64,000 nucleotides of DNA from the human T2T-CHM13v2.0 reference genome, Homo sapiens: NCBI RefSeq assembly GCF_009914755.1, contig NC_060933.1; one strand, written 5' to 3'. Made by a program: the position numbers and the translations under genes. The notes under the pieces were generated by a model that saw nothing but the letters and a program-made list of their open reading frames with translations, did no database searches and was not told the origin of the DNA. Below, one piece after another: positions 1 through 14,663 of the stretch. Each line of letters starts with the position of its first letter. The first letter of the stretch is position 1.

Positions 1-52
1 CAAGATTGCACCACTGCACTCCAGCCTGGGTGACAGAGCGAGACTCTGTCTC

Positions 53-57
<5 letters not shown>
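1..57 (+). mobile_element. Alu, 3' end (cut by window edge)
   Basis: CCACTGCACTCCAGCCTGGGTGACAGAGCGAGACTCTGTCTC followed by a short A tail. Confidence 0.95.

Positions 58-92
<35 letters not shown>
57..92 (+). repeat. (AG)n microsatellite grown from the Alu tail
   Basis: Perfect AG run directly after the Alu A tail. Confidence 0.95.
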
Positions 93-94
<2 letters not shown>

Positions 95-1129
95 GTGAGA
101 GCCAGAGGCTCCAAGTTCTGGTCTCATTTTGGCCCTGGAGCCACTGGAACGAAGATTCCCTTCCAGCCCCTACCTGCTCAAGTGGGTTTAAACTGAGGCT
201 CTAGGTGGTCTCTGGCGCCCCCTGACGCCTGCCTCTTCCAGGACCGCGGCAGAGCCCTAGAATGTCCAGAGCAGCAGCCAAGGGGCCTCTCCCACCAGAC
301 CCGGGGTCAGCCTGGGGGGTGCCTGGCTGGTCACCAGCAGCCTCTGTCCGAGCAGGGCACAGCAAGCTGTTCTGTACCCTGAGAGGCAGGGCAGGAGGGG
401 AGAGGAATTCTCACATTGTGGTTACATTAGGGGAAGGCACCCACTCACTTTCTTGCATGGTTGAAATTTAATTCACTACATATTAGGTGTCAGCCTGTAC
501 CAGGCACTGGGCTGGGCACTGCCTGGGTGTGGACAGGTGACGAACACATCACAACTGTCGGGGACCCTCTGAGACAGCCAGGAGCGCAGACTTGAGTGTG
601 GAGGCATCTGCCTAGTAACAGGAGCTCCACTTCGGGCTGTTACTCACATATGAACCCCAGCTCCACCACTTACTAGCTGGTGACTTAGGCTAGTCTCTGA
701 ATTCCTCCTCTGCTGTAAAGTGGCTTGATGAACACACACAGCCCCGTGGTGGTTGTGAACATTCAGTGAGTCCCTGGCACAGATTACATACTCAGGTGTT
801 AGGGTTTTTTGGTGGTGATAGTTGGTCATTTTTATTTTTTAAGTAAACCAAGTGATTTGATGACTGCTTTGCGGAAGGGAATGAGGTTTTGAACAACGTA
901 ATCCACCCAACCTCTCCAAGAGGTGGGCCTGAAAGGGATGGAGTGACTTGCCCAAGGCCACACAGGAATAAGTAGTAGCGCCGGGCTGGAACCGAGGTCG
1001 CCAGATGTGCCCTGTGCTCCCAGCCAAGCCATGCTGCACCCCCATGCGTCCCCTGCCCCCAGAGCTAATATTCACAATCGGGAACGATAGCGCAAGCACT
1101 GCTGCTGCTGCTGCTGCTGTTGGCAGCCA

Positions 1130-1330
1130 CCATTGATTGAGCGCTTACTGTGTGCCTGGCATGTGTTCAGAGCTTTATATGTCTTATCTGTCTTCCTCCT
1201 TTCCACAGCCCCATGGGGGTCAATGTTATTGTTATCCCCACTTTTTGGAGTGGGAAACTGAGGCTCAGGAGAGGTGGATTGCTGCCCTAGGTCCCCCAGA
1301 TTATAAGTGGTGGAGCCAGGATTCCCCATC
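1130..1330 (-). mobile_element. MIR SINE
   Basis: TTGAGCGCTTACTGTGTGCCTGGC...TATCCCCACTTTTTGGAGTGGGAAACTGAGGCTCAG MIR core; boundaries approximate. Confidence 0.75.
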
Positions 1331-1858
1331 TAGACCATCTGGCCCCGCTGTGCTGCCTGCTGCGTTTGAGGCTTGCCAACCTCTGGCAGTGCCAGGAAGT
1401 GAGGGAGAGATGCCAGCCAGCAGGAGCCCTCCAAAGCACAGCCGCTCTTGGTGGCTGCTCTGGTGTTTGGTACCAAACATCCCCACCCTGGTGCCAGAAC
1501 CTAGAAGTAGCTGCCAGCTCCCTGTCCTGAAGTGAGCTGCCATGCAAGGATGTCTTCTCACCAGTACTCATGTGTCCTCACTCTTTCAGAGTGTAGGGTG
1601 TCCCGGAGGGATGGCAGTGACTTGTCTTGCCCTGCCTGGTGGCCCCAGCACCCACAGTAAACCTTGATCCTCTGAAAGGCATGGCCTCTGTGTCAAGCCT
1701 CCCTGCAACCCCACCCCAGATTGTGAGCCTTCCTCTCGGATGCTCCCCACTCCTCTGAAAGCCCCATCTGGCTCACTGGTTATTAAGAATAAAAATTATG
1801 ACTATCAGCACAGAACAGCAGAACTAGAAGAGATGGCTAAACTGTTTCTCTTTTGCAG

Positions 1859-1903
1859 AAACTGCAAGTCCCCTGATTTCCAACCCTTTCCCTCTCCTAC
1901 AGA
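1859..1903 (+). CDS. ZNF618: ZNF618 45-nt cassette exon (xTASPLISNPFPLLQ)
   Basis: Acceptor CTGTTTCTCTTTTGCAG, donor A|GTAAGT, phase 1-1, 45 nt, no stop, in frame with the next exon. Confidence 0.7.
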
Positions 1904-2217
1904 GTAAGTGATGGTCCCGTTGGGGGGCTGGAGAGGGCAAGGCAGGGCAGGGAAGGAACTCAGCCAGCCACGTGCTCCTGGAGCCTCCAGGCTGTGTGAG
2001 ATGGGCCTTGGGCTGCCCTCCCGGGCAGACCCGGCAGCTGGTGGAGGCAGGCCGAGGTCCAGCCCTGGGCGGGTGGAGCAGTTTGGACGGGGTGGGGCAG
2101 AGCCCTGACCAGCAGCAGCCTTGGCTCTGCTGCCCCAGCCCTGGCAGGAGCTCAGGCCTTCCCATTCACGGTCGTCGGGCAGCCTCAGGACACCTCTTCC
2201 GAGCCCCATCGCAGCCG

Positions 2218-2520
2218 TCTTTTTCTTCTTTTCCTTGCTCTTCTTCCCACCCCTCTTGCTTTTTCCTCTTCCTTCTGTCCTTCTCCCTCTTCCTTCTCTC
2301 CTCCTCCCTCTTCTCTGCCAGGCACTGACGTGAGTGCTAAGAGTAGAGAGCTGAGTGATCCAGGCCCCTGCACCCCTTGTGCCTGTTCCTACGCGTGCCC
2401 TCCCTCACTCCTCCCTCCCTCTCCTCCCTTTCCGCATCAGATCCCCACTTCCTCCTGCTTCTCTGTGGCTTTTTCCACTTCTTACCCTTTTCCTTCTTGT
2501 TTTCCTTATGTCTGTTACCT
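2218..2520. repeat. Pyrimidine-rich (CT) low-complexity tract
   Basis: Long CT-rich runs such as TTTTCTTCTTTTCCTTGCTCTTCTTCCC... Confidence 0.7.
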
Positions 2521-2967
2521 TGGTTTTTGTTCATTCATACATTCATTCATTTGTTCACTTGGCAAATAGTGACCTCATGTGGTTCCAGAGAGAGAGCTGG
2601 GGCTGTGACACCCTGAGACTCAGTCTCTGCCCCAAGAGGGCCGTTGGTCTGTTGATGTTGATGTTGTCCTCCCTACCCCCATCTCAAGTGCGCCGAACAG
2701 TGGCTGGCACGCAGTAAGCACTCAATAAATAGCTGCTCAATTGAGCTAATGGTCTCTCTCTGCATGGCTTCCTCTCTCCATCATTCCTTCACCCAGCTTC
2801 TCCCTCATGGGTCTAGTGACGGGGGAGGCAGGCAGGCTGGGCCCGGAGCCCTGAGCACAGAGACCCGGTGTGTGTTTGGGTTCCCACTTGCAAAGCTGCC
2901 TGCAGCCCAGCAGAAGGTGTCTGCGTCGGTTCCACCCCTCACGTGGCTGCCGCATTTCTCCCTCCAG

Positions 2968-3045
2968 AACCCTACACCTGCGGCGCCTGTGGGATCCAGT
3001 TCCAGTTCTACAACAACCTGTTGGAGCACATGCAGTCCCATGCAG
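2968..3045 (+). CDS. ZNF618: ZNF618 exon encoding a C2H2 zinc finger (PYTCGACGIQFQFYNNLLEHMQSHA)
   Basis: Acceptor TTTCTCCCTCCAG, donor G|GTAAGT, 78 nt, C-x2-C-x12-H-x3-H. Confidence 0.95.
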
Positions 3046-3499
3046 GTAAGTAGGATACGGCTTCTCTCCCCCTCTCCTTCCTCAGTTCCTGCAAATTGAA
3101 GAGATGGTTAGGGCCTGACCTGAGGCCCCTGGAGAAGGCCGCTCTTTCCTGGAAAATGGTCACAGGACATGGAACCTGCTTGCAGGGAGCCCCAGTCAGT
3201 CAGTTATTAACACAGGCTGGTCTGTGCTCTGCAGGTGGGGGCGGTGGGGAGGCAGCACAGGCTCTGTGGGAACACGGAGAGGTGGGACAGAGTTGAAGAG
3301 ACTTCCTGGAGGTGGTGGCCTCTTGGCTGGTCCTAAAGGCCAAGTAGGAGCTAGCCTGGAAGCGAAATGTGCAGGTGGAAATGGAACATGGTTTGAGATC
3401 AAGGTGAGCAGAGACAGAAGGTGGGGATGGAGAGACATGCAGCCCAAGGCAAGCTGGGCTAAGGCCCACCTCAGAGCAGAGTCTCATTCACTAACACCC

Positions 3500-3710
3500 T
3501 ATGTCCCAGAATGCAGTTGCGCCCAAACCTGAGGACACATCAGAATTACCAGGAGGGCTTGCTTGAGCACAGATTTCTAGGCTCCATTGTGAATTTCTGA
3601 TTCTGTAGGTCTGCAGAGGTGGGGACTAGGATTTGCATTTCTGGTAAGTCTTAAGACAGTGCTGATGCTACTGGTTCAGGGACCGCCCTTTGAGAACCAC
3701 TGCTCTAGAG
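3500..3710. mobile_element. MER5-type non-autonomous hAT-Charlie DNA transposon
   Basis: CAGAATTACCAGGAGGGCTT...TTTCTGATTCTGTAGGTCTG...TTTGCATTTCT...CTTTGAGAACCACTG, typical of MER5A/B; boundaries approximate. Confidence 0.75.
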
Positions 3711-5339
3711 CTACAGGTGCAGTCATCTGCTCTCTAGGCAGCCTTTTTATTACATTTCACCACGGCATAACACAAGTCTCAGGGAGACAGTATGTGCTGG
3801 AATAAGTAAATAATTCCAAATTCTCAGTGGTTAAACATACAGACCATTTACTTCTCACCCACATTATAGCCCAATGCACATGATCTAGTTGGGTGGCTTC
3901 CACATGGTGATTCAGGGATCAAGGCTCTTTTTTCTATTGGCTCCATCCTCCTCTAGATCTTCAGCATCCTCTCTCTTTGTGGATGGGGAGAGAGACTATG
4001 GGGCAAGCACACTTCTTTACCATTTCAGACCACAAGTGACACCTGTAAATGCTCAAATTCCAGTGTGGAGAATTAGCCACATGACCAGCCTGAACCCATG
4101 GGTGGAAGCGTGTCCAGAGCCACTGTCCCGGGACAGTTGGCCACTCTGCAAAGGGAAACGTGAGTCTGGGGAGGCAGTTAGCTGTCCCTCCACCCCTTTC
4201 CCCAGAGGAATTCTCTAGAGGCATTAGAAATAATGGGTGAGACGTGCCTGACATAATGGTGCTCAGTAATTGGTAGCTGCTGTTATTTCACCTGTTATTG
4301 TTATTGTACAAATTTTTCACATCATCTCCCAGGTCTGGCCTGACTGGCATAGAGTATTACAGGACTAGAATCTCTTTTAGGCTAAGTACTGTTCTGTTAG
4401 CGTAGTCTCTATCATTCATTCATCCATCCAGCATATATTAATTGGGTATCTGCTGTATATTAGGCATGAAATCAGATGAACTTTTTGGGGAGCCTATTAT
4501 TTATTTCTAATGAACTTAAAATCAGGACAGAGCTCTGGAGTGGCAGCCAAGGCACTTGCCTCGGAGACCTGCTCTAACTGGTGTGTCTGGGTGCTGTGTG
4601 ACCTCCTGCAGGAAGCTGTGTCTCCATCTCTAAAGCAAGGGCCTGAAAATCCCCTTCCCCACACCACGCTTCCCGCCCCCTGCTTTCCTTTGCTGTCAGC
4701 TGTGCCTCACCAGGGAAGGCCTTGAATGCCAGCTCAAGGTGTTTAGACCCCATGGGGAAGCAGGATCCTCGGGCTAGGGACAGCAGTTGGCAGGCTGCTT
4801 GGGAACCACTGCCTGAACATATCGCTTGGTCCTGAGACTCCCACAGCACAGCCTTCTGCACTCCTCCTCTGAATCCTCGGCACTCTGCCTGCGCCCTGCC
4901 AGCTTCTGGAAGCTGAGCTGTGATTAGGGAAGAGCCTGGGTGCCAGTGCTTTCCCATCCCTGGAGGCCATTAAAATGCAAATCAGGTCTGAGCCTTGAGG
5001 TGGCCCCACCTCTCCCAAGCATCTTGACTTGTTTTCGGAGTGGAGCCGTGGGCTGCTTTGTTCTGGTTCAGCGCAGCCAGAGAATGCCTGGCCGGCCATC
5101 CAGCGCAAAGCCAGGCTGAATCCCAGCCACACTGAATCGGGATTAAAGGCTTGGCTCCATAGAGAGAAATTAAGCATCATGAGCTGCGCAGTTCACAGCG
5201 CCGACGATAAGGAGGATCAGCCTTGAATAACACCAATCTCATTATGGGGCTGCTGAATGGCACAGGGTAATTCCCGCTAATAAACTTCCTTTCTGTGCTG
5301 TAGGAAAACCTGGCGTGCCTTGGTGACGTTGGAGAAGCA

Positions 5340-5800
5340 TGCTTTGGCAGTAATAATACCAAAGATAGCTACAATTTTGTGAGTGCTTTCTATGCGTCAC
5401 TTGTGGCACTGAGAGCTTTACGCAGGTTATTTCATCAGATCTTCCTGATTAGGTAGTTGACGTTTTCATCCCCATTATGCAGATGATGAAACCGAGGCTC
5501 AGAGAACATAATCACTGGCCCAAAGTTGCACAGCTCCTAAAAAAAGTATCCAATGGCATTTGAGCTTTTACGTGGCGCCAGGCCTTGTTCTAAGACTTTT
5601 ACATATATTCACTTATTTAATTCTCGGAACAACCCTCAGAGTTAAGTGCCCATAACAGTTCCACTTCATAGCTAACGAAACGGAGGCACAAACTGGTTAA
5701 GTAACTTGTCCAAGGCTATGCAGTCACTGTGGCAGGCTATAGATAGGATTCCAGTTCTCGCAGTGAACTCCAGAGCCCATGCTCTCAACATCCACCCTGT
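5340..5800 (-). mobile_element. Two adjacent MIR fragments
   Basis: CCCCATTATGCAGATGATGAAACCGAGGCTCAGAGA and AACGGAGGCACAAACTGGTTAAGTAACTTGTCCAAGG cores; boundaries approximate. Confidence 0.65.
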
Positions 5801-5990
5801 GCAGCCTCAGGTAGACCCTGATGGAAGGTTAGCAGAGATGGAAGCCCTCTCAGAGGTCATCTCTTTCAGCCTCCGCGTTAAAGTACAGCCAGGAGGACCG
5901 CAGCTAAGAGGGATTGGGAGACTTTCCAGACAGCAAGCAAGCTGGCAGCTCATGGGTTTAGGATTTTGGAGGTGACCACACCTGGTTTCT

Positions 5991-6318
<328 letters not shown>

Positions 6319-7002
6319 ACCACACCTGGTTTCTAACCCCTTTGAGCCACTTTACCTCCCTGGACCTCAGTTTTTCTGTCTGTGAAGTGGGTTTATTGGT
6401 ATTCTCAGCAGGGCTGGGTTGAGGGTTCCAGAGATGACGGATGTAGAGTATCAAGGGCCATGGCACATTCTAAGACCCAACAACAGCAGATGCCTCTTTT
6501 TCCATCCCTGTCAGAAATACCTGCTTTCTCCTGCCTGCAGTGGTCTCTCTCTGGGAAGCAACCTTTATTCCAGCTTCGCATCCAGCCCTTTACAAATGTA
6601 CATGTGGGGGAGGGGGGAGGACACACAGGATAGCCACACCGAGGAAACCTTATTTTCATCTCAAGCTATAAATCAAGCCTTTCACAGAGCTTTTAACTCA
6701 TTTGTATTGGGAGTGGTACCTGTGGCATATGGAGAAGAAAAAGTCTTAAATCAACCAATATTATACATTGTTATTTAATACAAGTTGAAGAATCTCAATT
6801 CTAAGTCCTATGGAAGGGCAGAGAATAAGAATCATTCCTGCAGCTTACCCTGCCCTAGCACTTTGGATGGAAGAGAGAAAACTGAGACCCAGAGAGTTGA
6901 AGTAGCCAATTCAGTGTCACACCATCGCAGAACTGGGTTCATATCCAGGGTTTTCACATCTCTGTACTGTAGTAGAGAAAGTAAGAAAGGCTACTTGTTT
7001 TC

Positions 7003-8758
<1,756 letters not shown>

Positions 8759-9059
8759 TCATTGGAAATTGTGTTTCCCCTTTGTGAATGTAAAGTCTGT
8801 CTATGAAAATAAATGCATTTTCTGCATTGGGAAAATGCAGAGAGGTTAGAAAGTAAAGAATCGACCATAATTTCACTATTCAAAGCTAATCGCTGTTACC
8901 AACTTAATAGGTTTCTTTACAGTTTATTTTAAAATAGGACTTACAGAGATATAATTTACTAGACAAATAAAATTTACCAATTTGAAGAGTACAGTTTGAT
9001 TGGTTTGGACAAATGTGTGCTGTTGTTTAACTACCATCACAATAAAAATACATAACAGT

Positions 9060-9211
9060 GGCTGGGCTTGGTGGCTCATGCCTGTAATCCCAACACTTTG
9101 GGAAGCTAAGGAGGGAGGATTGCTTGAGGCCAGGAATTTGAGACCAGTCCCTGGACAGGGACAACATAGCATGACCCTGTGTCTAAAAAAATAAAATTAA
9201 AATTAAAAAAA
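9060..9211 (+). mobile_element. Free left Alu monomer (FLAM-like)
   Basis: GGCTGGGCTTGGTGGCTCATGCCTGTAATCCC... single arm with an A-rich tail. Confidence 0.85.
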
Positions 9212-9215
9212 TTTA

Positions 9216-9515
<300 letters not shown>

Positions 9516-10231
9516 TTACCATCAACCCAGAAAGTTCCTTCATGCCCCTTTGCAGTCATTCCCTTTCTCCTACCCTAGCCACTGGCAGGTAACACCTGCT
9601 TTCTTTCATTGTAGTTTTGCCTTTAGTGGATTTTATTATATATGGAGTTCTACGGTATTTAGCCTCTTGTGTCTAACTTCTTTCACTTAACATACTTTTG
9701 AGGTTTGTCCATGTTCTGTGTTATCAATAATTCCTTTATTTTGCTGAGTTGTATTTCATTATCTAGATATATCACAATTTGTTTATCCATTCACCAACTG
9801 ATGGTCATTTAGATCTCCAGTTCGGGGCTATTATGAATAACGCTGCTATGAACATTCATGTACAAGTCATGTATATGTGTAGACACATGTTTTTAACTCT
9901 TTTGGGTATATACCTGGAAGTGGAGATTCTGAGCTGTAAGGTAATTCTGTTTAATCCTGTGAGGAATTGCCAGATTGTTTCCTAAAGTGGCTGCATCATT
10001 TTTACATTTCTACCAACAGTGTATGAGGATTCTAATTTCTCCATATCCCTGTCTACACCTTTTATCATCTTCCTTCTTGGTAATAGCCATCCTAGTGCAT
10101 GTGAAATGGCATTTCATTGTGGTTTTGATTTACATTTTTCTGACAGCTAATAATGTTGAGCATCTGTTCATGTGCTCATTGACCACATTGGCAAAGGATC
10201 TGAATAGACATTTCTCCAAAGAAAGATATAC

Positions 10232-11697
10232 CTAGTAATGGGATTGCTGGATCAAGTGGTAGATCTACTTTTAGGTCTTTAAGGAACCTCCACGCTGTTT
10301 TCCATAGTGGTTGTGCTAGTTCACATTCCCACCAGCAGTGTAAAAGTATTCCCTTTCCACCACATCCATGCCAACATCTATTATTTTTTGATTTTTAAAT
10401 TATGGCCATTCTTGCAGGAGTAAGGTGGTATGGCACTGTGGCTTTGATTTGCATTTCCCTGATCATTAGTGATGTTGAGCATTTTTTCATATGTTTGTTG
10501 GTCATTTGTATATCTTCTTTTGAGATTTGTCTATTCATGTCCTTAGGCCACTTTTTGATGGGATTGTTTATTTTGTTCTTGCTGATTTGTTTGAGTTCTT
10601 CATAGATTCTGGATATTAGTCCTTTGTCAGATGCATAGTTTGCAAAGATTTTATCCCACTCTATGGGTTATCTGTTTACTCTGCTGATTATTTCTTTTGC
10701 TGTGCTGAAGCTTTTGTGTTTAAGTCCCATCTATCTCTTTGTTTTTGGTGCATTTGCTTTGGTGTTCTTGGTCATGAGTTCTTTGCCTAAGCTAATGTCT
10801 AGAAGTGTTTTTCTGATGTTATCTTCTAGAATTTTTATGGTTTCAGGCCTTAGATTTAAGTCTTTGATCCATCTTGAGTTGATTTTTTGTGTAAGGTGAG
10901 AGATGAAGATCCAGTTTTATTCTTCCACATGTGGCTAGCCAATTATCCCGCACCATTTGTTGAATAGGGTGTCCTTTCCCCACTTTATGTTTTTGTTTGC
11001 TTTGTTGAAGATCATTTGGCTGTATTTGGGTTTATTTCTGGATTCTCTAGTCTGTTCTATTGGTCTATGTGCCTATTTTTATGCCAGTACTATGCTATTT
11101 TGGTGAATATAGCCTTGTAGTATAGTTCGAAGTCCGGTAATGTGTTGCCCCCAGATTTGTTCTTTTTTCTTAGCTTTGCTTTGGCTATGCAAGCTCTTTT
11201 TTGGTACCATATAAATTTTAGGATTGTTTTTTCTAGTTCTGTGAAGAATAATGATGTTGTTTTGATGGGAATCGCATTGAATTTGTAGATGCTGTTGGCA
11301 GTATGGTCATTTTCACAATATTGATTCTACCCATCCATGAGCACGGGATGTGTTTCCATTTGTTTGTGTCATCTATGATTTCTTTCAGCAGCGTTTTGCA
11401 GTTTTCCCTGTAGAGGTCTTTCACCTCCTTAATTAAGCATATTCCTAAGTTGTTTTTTTTGTTTGTTTTTTTGTTTTTGTTTTTTTGGTGGGGCAGTTTT
11501 TTGGCAACTTTTGTAAAAGGGGTTGAATTCTTGATTTAGTTCTCAGCTTGGTCACTGTTGATGTATAGCAGTGCTACTGATTTGTGTACATTGATTTTGT
11601 ATCCTGAAACTTTACTGAATTCATTAATCAGTTCTAGGAGCTTTTTGGACAAGTCTTTAGGGTTTTCTAGGTATATAATCATATCATCAGTGAACAG
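10232..11697 (-). mobile_element. L1PB/old L1PA-like ORF2 fragment lacking 3'UTR and poly(A)
   Basis: ORF 11233..11424 ([38 protein letters not shown]) matches L1 ORF2. The fragment starts abruptly at CTAGTAATGGGATTGCTGGATC. Confidence 0.85.
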
Positions 11698-12913
11698 CCT
11701 TTGCCCATTTTTAATTGGTTTTTTTTGGATCCTTTTATGATTGAGTTGTGAGAGTTCTTTATATACTCTAGATACAAGATCCCTATAGATAGATTATTTG
11801 CAAATATCTTTCCCATTCTGTCGGTTGTCTTTTTACTTTCTTGATGTCCTTCAAAGTATGAAAGTTTTTAATTTTGAAGTCCATTCATCTATTTTTTTCT
11901 GTGCTTTTGGTGTCATATCCAGGCAGTGGTGTCAGGAAACCACTGCCTAACCCAAGTTCACAAAGACTTAATCAGTTCATATGTTTCCTTATAAAACTCT
12001 AAGAATTTTATACTTTTAGCTCTTACGTTTAGGTCTGTATTCCATTTTGAGTTTATTTTTATATGTGTGTGAGGCGGGAGTCCAATTTCATTCTTTTACA
12101 TGTGGGTATCTAGTTGTCCCAGCACCATTTGTTGAAAAGACTATTATTTTCCCCCATTGAATTGTCCTGATAACCTTGTCAAAACTCAGTTGACCATAAA
12201 TGTAGGTGCTTATTTCTATATTTCCAGTTGTATTCCATTGATCTATATGTCCGTCCTGTGCCAGTATTACACTGTCTTAATTACTATAGCTTTGTAGTAG
12301 TTTGGAAATCAGGAAGTATATTCCTCCAACGTTGTCCTTTTTCTAAATTGTTTTGGCTATTCTGTATCTCTTGCATTTCCATATGAATTTCAGGATCAGC
12401 TTGTCAGTTTTTGCAGAAAAACAACAACAATATGGATTTTGTTAAGGATTGTGTTTAATCTAGATGAGTTGGGACATTCCATGTTCATGGACTGAAAGAC
12501 TTAATATTTTAACAGTAAGTCTTCCAGTCCATGAACATGGAATATCTTTTCATTTACTTAGGTCTTATTTGAGTTCTTTCAACAGTGTTTTTAGTTTTCA
12601 GTGTTTAATTCTTACACTTTAAAATTTAATGGTAAGTAATTATTTTCAAAGCTATTATAAATGGAATTGTTTTCTTAACTTTTGGAATGTTTATCACTAG
12701 TATGGAAAAATGCCATTTTGTTTTATATATTGATCTTGTATCCTGCACCCTCGCTGAATTTATTACTTCTAATTGTTTTGTATGTATGTGGATTCCATAA
12801 GATTTTCTATATACACAATCATGTCATCTGCAGTTAGAGATCATTTTACTTCTTCCATTCCAATCTGGATGTTTTTCTTTTTTTACCTAATCGTCTAGCT
12901 AGAACTTCTAATA

Positions 12914-13230
12914 CAGTCATGCACCACATGATGTACATGATGGACTGCATATATGACAGTGGTCCCATAAAACTATAATATCCTATCTTTACTATACCTT
13001 TTTTATGTTCAGATACACAAATATTTACCATTGTGGTACAGTTGCCTGAAGTATTCAGTACAGTAACGCACTGTACAGGTTTGTAGCCTAGAAGCAGTAG
13101 GCTATACCGTATAGCCTAGGTGTATAATAGGATATACCATCTAGGTTTGTGTAAGTACACTTTATGATGTTTGCACAATGACAAAATCTCCTAACAACAC
13201 ATTTCTCAGAATATATGTCCAACATGACTC
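12914..13230 (+). mobile_element. Tigger3/MER7-type TcMar MITE
   Basis: TA|CAGTCATG...CATGACTC|TA terminal inverted repeats with TA TSD; internal GGTCCCATAA and TACAGGTTTGTAGCCTAG. Confidence 0.85.
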
Positions 13231-14561
13231 TACATGTTGAATAGAAGAAATGAGAGTGAGAGTGAACATTCTTACCTTGTTCCTGATCTTAGGGAGAAAG
13301 CTTTCAGTGTTTCATCATTAAGCATGATGTTCGCTGTGGGGGTTCTGGTAGATGCTCTTTATTAGGTTGGAAAACTTCCCTTCGATTCCTAGTTTATTGA
13401 GTGTTTTTATCATGAAAAAGGTGTTAGATTTTGTCAAATGCTTTTTCCGCATCTATTGAGATGACCATGTGATTTTTGTCTTTTACTCTATTAGCGTGGT
13501 GTATTACATTTATTTGTGTATGTTTAATCAACTATGTTCCTGGAGTAAATCCCACTTGGTCATGGTATGGAATCCTTTATCTATGTTGCTGGATTATTAC
13601 ATCACAGGATCACAATTAGGCAGCCAGGTTCATAGCAGAACAGTAATATTGAAAACAGCAGAGCCAGAAACCTAGGACTTGGGAGTGTGGTTAAGCAAGC
13701 TGTGATATATCGTATATGATAGAAGTGCATGTGGCCATGGGTAGTGACAAGAATGTGACTCAGACCATTTCCTATTTAGAAATGATCCCATAAACATGTC
13801 AAGGAGTAACCATGCATCCAGGAGAATAGGCATATACCAATTACTTATAACTGGATACAACTGCATATGTGCAATTAACAAAAAACTAGAGAAGTATGTG
13901 GAGGACACATCCAGGAACTGGGAACCTGGGATTATGTCCAGCCCTGCTGCTGTTTTCTCTGTGATCTTGGGCAAATCTTTTCTTATATCCGAGCTTCAGT
14001 TTCCATGTCTTACAGTGAGGGGTTTGATAATTTGGTACTTTGTGTCACACATGGCTTTGGTTTTGTTTTGTTCATTTCATAAAATTTCTAGTAAATATAC
14101 TTAAAAAATGCAAACTTTGCGAAAGTGAGAGAGTATGAGGAGTTTTTGGCCACTTGGGGGGTGTAGCTGGTACTCCCTCCCTTCCCTCCATATCAGCTAG
14201 AACTCTGTGGTTGTGTGCAGGGAGTAGGTGTGGGGTTCCCAGCCAGGCTTGGGATCCAGTGCTTCCCATTTCCAGAGAGTTTGCTCCATACCACACACTG
14301 TGCTCAGCTCTTCCTGGATTAGCTCTTGTTAGTCTTACCAGCAATAGTGTAATGTCCATATGATTACCTTAGTTTTTCTAAATGATGAAAATGAGGCTTT
14401 GCAAGCATAGATAGTTGTCTAAGGAGGAGCCAGGATTTTAACCCAGGCCTGAGTCCCAATGGCCACATTCTGCTGTTACCCACCACACTCTAGTTCTCAT
14501 CTCGTTCCTCAACAGGCCTCTTACCCTTCCAGGTAACACACTGTCCCCTTTGTGCCCACAG

Positions 14562-14663
14562 CTGACAATGAAAACAACATTGCCTCCAACCAGTCCCGAT
14601 CGCCACCTGCTGTTGTAGAAGAGAAGTGGAAACCTCAGGCCCAGAGGAACAGTGCCAATAACA
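14562..14663 (+). CDS. ZNF618: ZNF618 linker exon (ADNENNIASNQSRSPPAVVEEKWKPQAQRNSANN)
   Basis: Acceptor TTTGTGCCCACAG, donor A|GTAGGT, 102 nt, phase 1-1. Confidence 0.93.

Noticed and set aside
1099-1119. (CTG)7 tract giving a poly-Gln ORF (1072..1329, - strand)
   Set aside because: Short intronic repeat at the end of a MIR; the ORF is MIR-derived and has no supporting exon structure
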